Source of the DNA: Squalus acanthias
Lineage: Eukaryota
NCBI GenBank assembly: GCA_030390025.1
Contig: CM059431.1
Coordinates: 122,886,001 to 122,950,000, forward strand
Direction of reading: 5' to 3'
Length of the DNA: 64,000 nt
Under the pieces are notes generated by a model. It ran no database searches. It saw only the letters and a program-made list of their open reading frames with translations, and was not told the origin of the DNA. The position numbers were made by a program, and so were the translations under genes. Shown in pieces: positions 61,958-64,000 of this stretch (the stretch's first letter is position 1; each line of letters opens with the position of its first letter).

Positions 61958-62653
61958 GGGGGAGAAATTGGGTGCCTTTGCACCTCTCGTTAGGGGCGCT
62001 AACAGGGCACAAATGGCGTTGACATTGACTCCCGCCATAATCGGCGGGAGTTTTCCGACGGCGCTACAGCGTTGCGCCCCGATTTCCTTCGCCCGCAGAT
62101 CATGATATCATCGGCTGCGCATCGCCCCAGACCTGAAATTGACATTTGCCCCCTGCAGCAACGCCGGTCGAAAACACCGACAGTTGCAGGAGGTGTGCAT
62201 CGAGTGACTGGTAGCTTCAGAGGCGATAATCAAAGGCGAGGTGGCCGAGTTAAGTAAAAAAAGACTTACCTTTCCTGTTGGTGTTTTTTTCGCGGATTCC
62301 AGCACGCGATCAATCAGCTCGGCACTCTACTTGAGTGTCAGGCTGATCGCACTGGATCACGGCAGCCTTGGTGGTCCAGGTAGATAATTTTTCCATTGCA
62401 GAGCCTGCAGTGATGGCCCTTCCCTTTGAGGGAGGGAGGGAGCCTTTGAACGTAGCAGAGCTGAAGTCTCCTCCCTGATATTTGGGATTAGCACTCCAAG
62501 AAGGAAGTGTTGCACTTGATTTAGCGCTCTACCTCCCTCTTGGTGCGCTAAAACTGAATTTCGCGGTCGCCGGCGGTAAGTCGCGCCGGGCGCTAAAGTT
62601 TGCGCCCAGGCGATGGTAGCGCCCCAAAATAGTCGATACCGAATTTTTCCCCC
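61958..62653. mobile_element. Harbinger-type MITE (H3-related ends)
   Basis: TIRs GGGGGAGAAATT and GGGGGAAAAATT, flanks ATA/ATT, GGCGCTA motifs. Confidence 0.75.
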
Positions 62654-63148
62654 ATTCTGTCCTTATTTTTATATAACACTTTGATTTTATATTATTCATA
62701 GCAAACTGACAAAACCTACAGCAATTTAGGAAATAGAATTTGTTTGGAAGATAGGAGTTTCTTTATAATGCAGGCTGCATGACAAGTTTACTTAATGTGT
62801 TTCCATTAGAAATATGGATGTAGAAATTTATAGGGTTTTGTAGACAGGAAGTCATGCGTTCAAGGATATTAATGTATAATCGATTTCTTGTTTGGATCCT
62901 GGGGTTTTCCTTTAAATAAATTCGACACACACTGTCACTGGTATGCTGTCAGTATACCAGTTAATAGTCTTAATTCTGTTCGAGAATTTTGAAGGTGTAG
63001 GAGCTTTGCTGCGATACAGTGCCAGCCTAGTTATTACTGGGGAACGTGTATCATACTAAAAATATATTTAATGGAAAAAAATCACTCATGCAATTGGAAT
63101 TAAAAATGTATTCTATTAAAAGAAACCAACTGCTTGGTAATTTTTGTT

Positions 63149-64000
63149 TCATAGAATCATAGAAAGTTACAGCACGGAAGGAGGCCATTTTGGCCATCGT
63201 GTCTGCGCTGGCCAACAAAGAGCTATCCAGCCTAATCCACTTCCCAGCTCTTGGTCTGTAGCCCTGCAGGTTACAGCATCCTAAGTGCACATCCAAGTAC
63301 TTTTTAAATGTGGTTAGGGTTTCTGCCTCTACCACCCTTTCAGGCAGTGTGTTCCAGACTCCCACAACCCTCTGGGTGAAGAAATTTCCCCTCAAATCCC
63401 CTCTAAACCTTCCACCAATTGCTTTAAATCTGTGCCCCCTGGTTTTTGACCCCTCTGCTAAGGGAAATAGCTCCTTTCTATCCACTTTATCTATGCCCCT
63501 CATAATTTTATGCACTTCAATAAGGTCTCCCCTCAGCCTCCCCTGTTCCAAGGAAAACAAATCCAGCCTATCCAGTCTTTCCTCATAGCTAAGATTCTCT
63601 ACTCCTGGCAATATCCTTGTAAATCTCCTCTGTACCCTCTCTAGTGCAATCACATCTTTCCTATAATGTGGTGACCAGAACTGCACGCAGTACTCTAGCT
63701 GAGGCCTAACTAGTGTTTTATACAGTTCAAGCATAACCCCCCTGCTCTTGTATTCTATGCCACGGCTAATAAAGGCAAGCATTCCGTATGCCTTCTTAAC
63801 CACCTTATCTACCTGGCCTGCTACCTTCAGGGATCTGTGGACATGCACTCCAAGGTCCCTTTGTTCCTCTACTCAGTGTCCTACCATTTAATGTGTATTC
63901 CCTTTCCTTGTTAGCCCTCCCCAAATGCATTACCTCACACTTCTCCGGATTGAATTCCATTTGCCACTGTTCTGCCCACCTGACCAATTTATTGATATCT
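63149..64000 (-). mobile_element. CR1 LINE 3' part (RT C-terminus and tail), runs off the window
   Basis: WQMEFNPEKC, LVRPQLEYCVQFWSP, LEQGRLRGDL. (TTCTATGA)n tail. Confidence 0.95.

Overview
Eukaryotic, repeat-dominated DNA. The repeat families (CR1 and L2 LINEs, Deu-type SINE tails, Penelope-like mini elements) suggest a cartilaginous fish; this is inference. No host protein-coding gene could be identified with confidence. Bases 1-45 kb are a dense, nested cluster of PIF/Harbinger DNA transposons: about six two-gene elements or relics, each with a spliced Myb/SANT-like gene convergent with a HARBI1-like DDE transposase, and about eight non-autonomous derivatives with short TIRs and 3-bp TSDs. 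These are interleaved with CR1, L2 and other LINEs and SINE fragments. One Harbinger (10319-14546) is complete, with an intact 458-aa spliced Myb/SANT ORF and a transposase carrying one premature stop. Three short Penelope-like insertions carry minimal hammerhead-ribozyme motifs, including a 197-bp near-perfect palindrome with a ribozyme on each strand. Bases 45197-61652 are a 25-bp satellite (about 660 units) with kb-scale higher-order duplications, whose monomer resembles Harbinger terminal and subterminal motifs. All coordinates were read by eye and may be off by a few bases.
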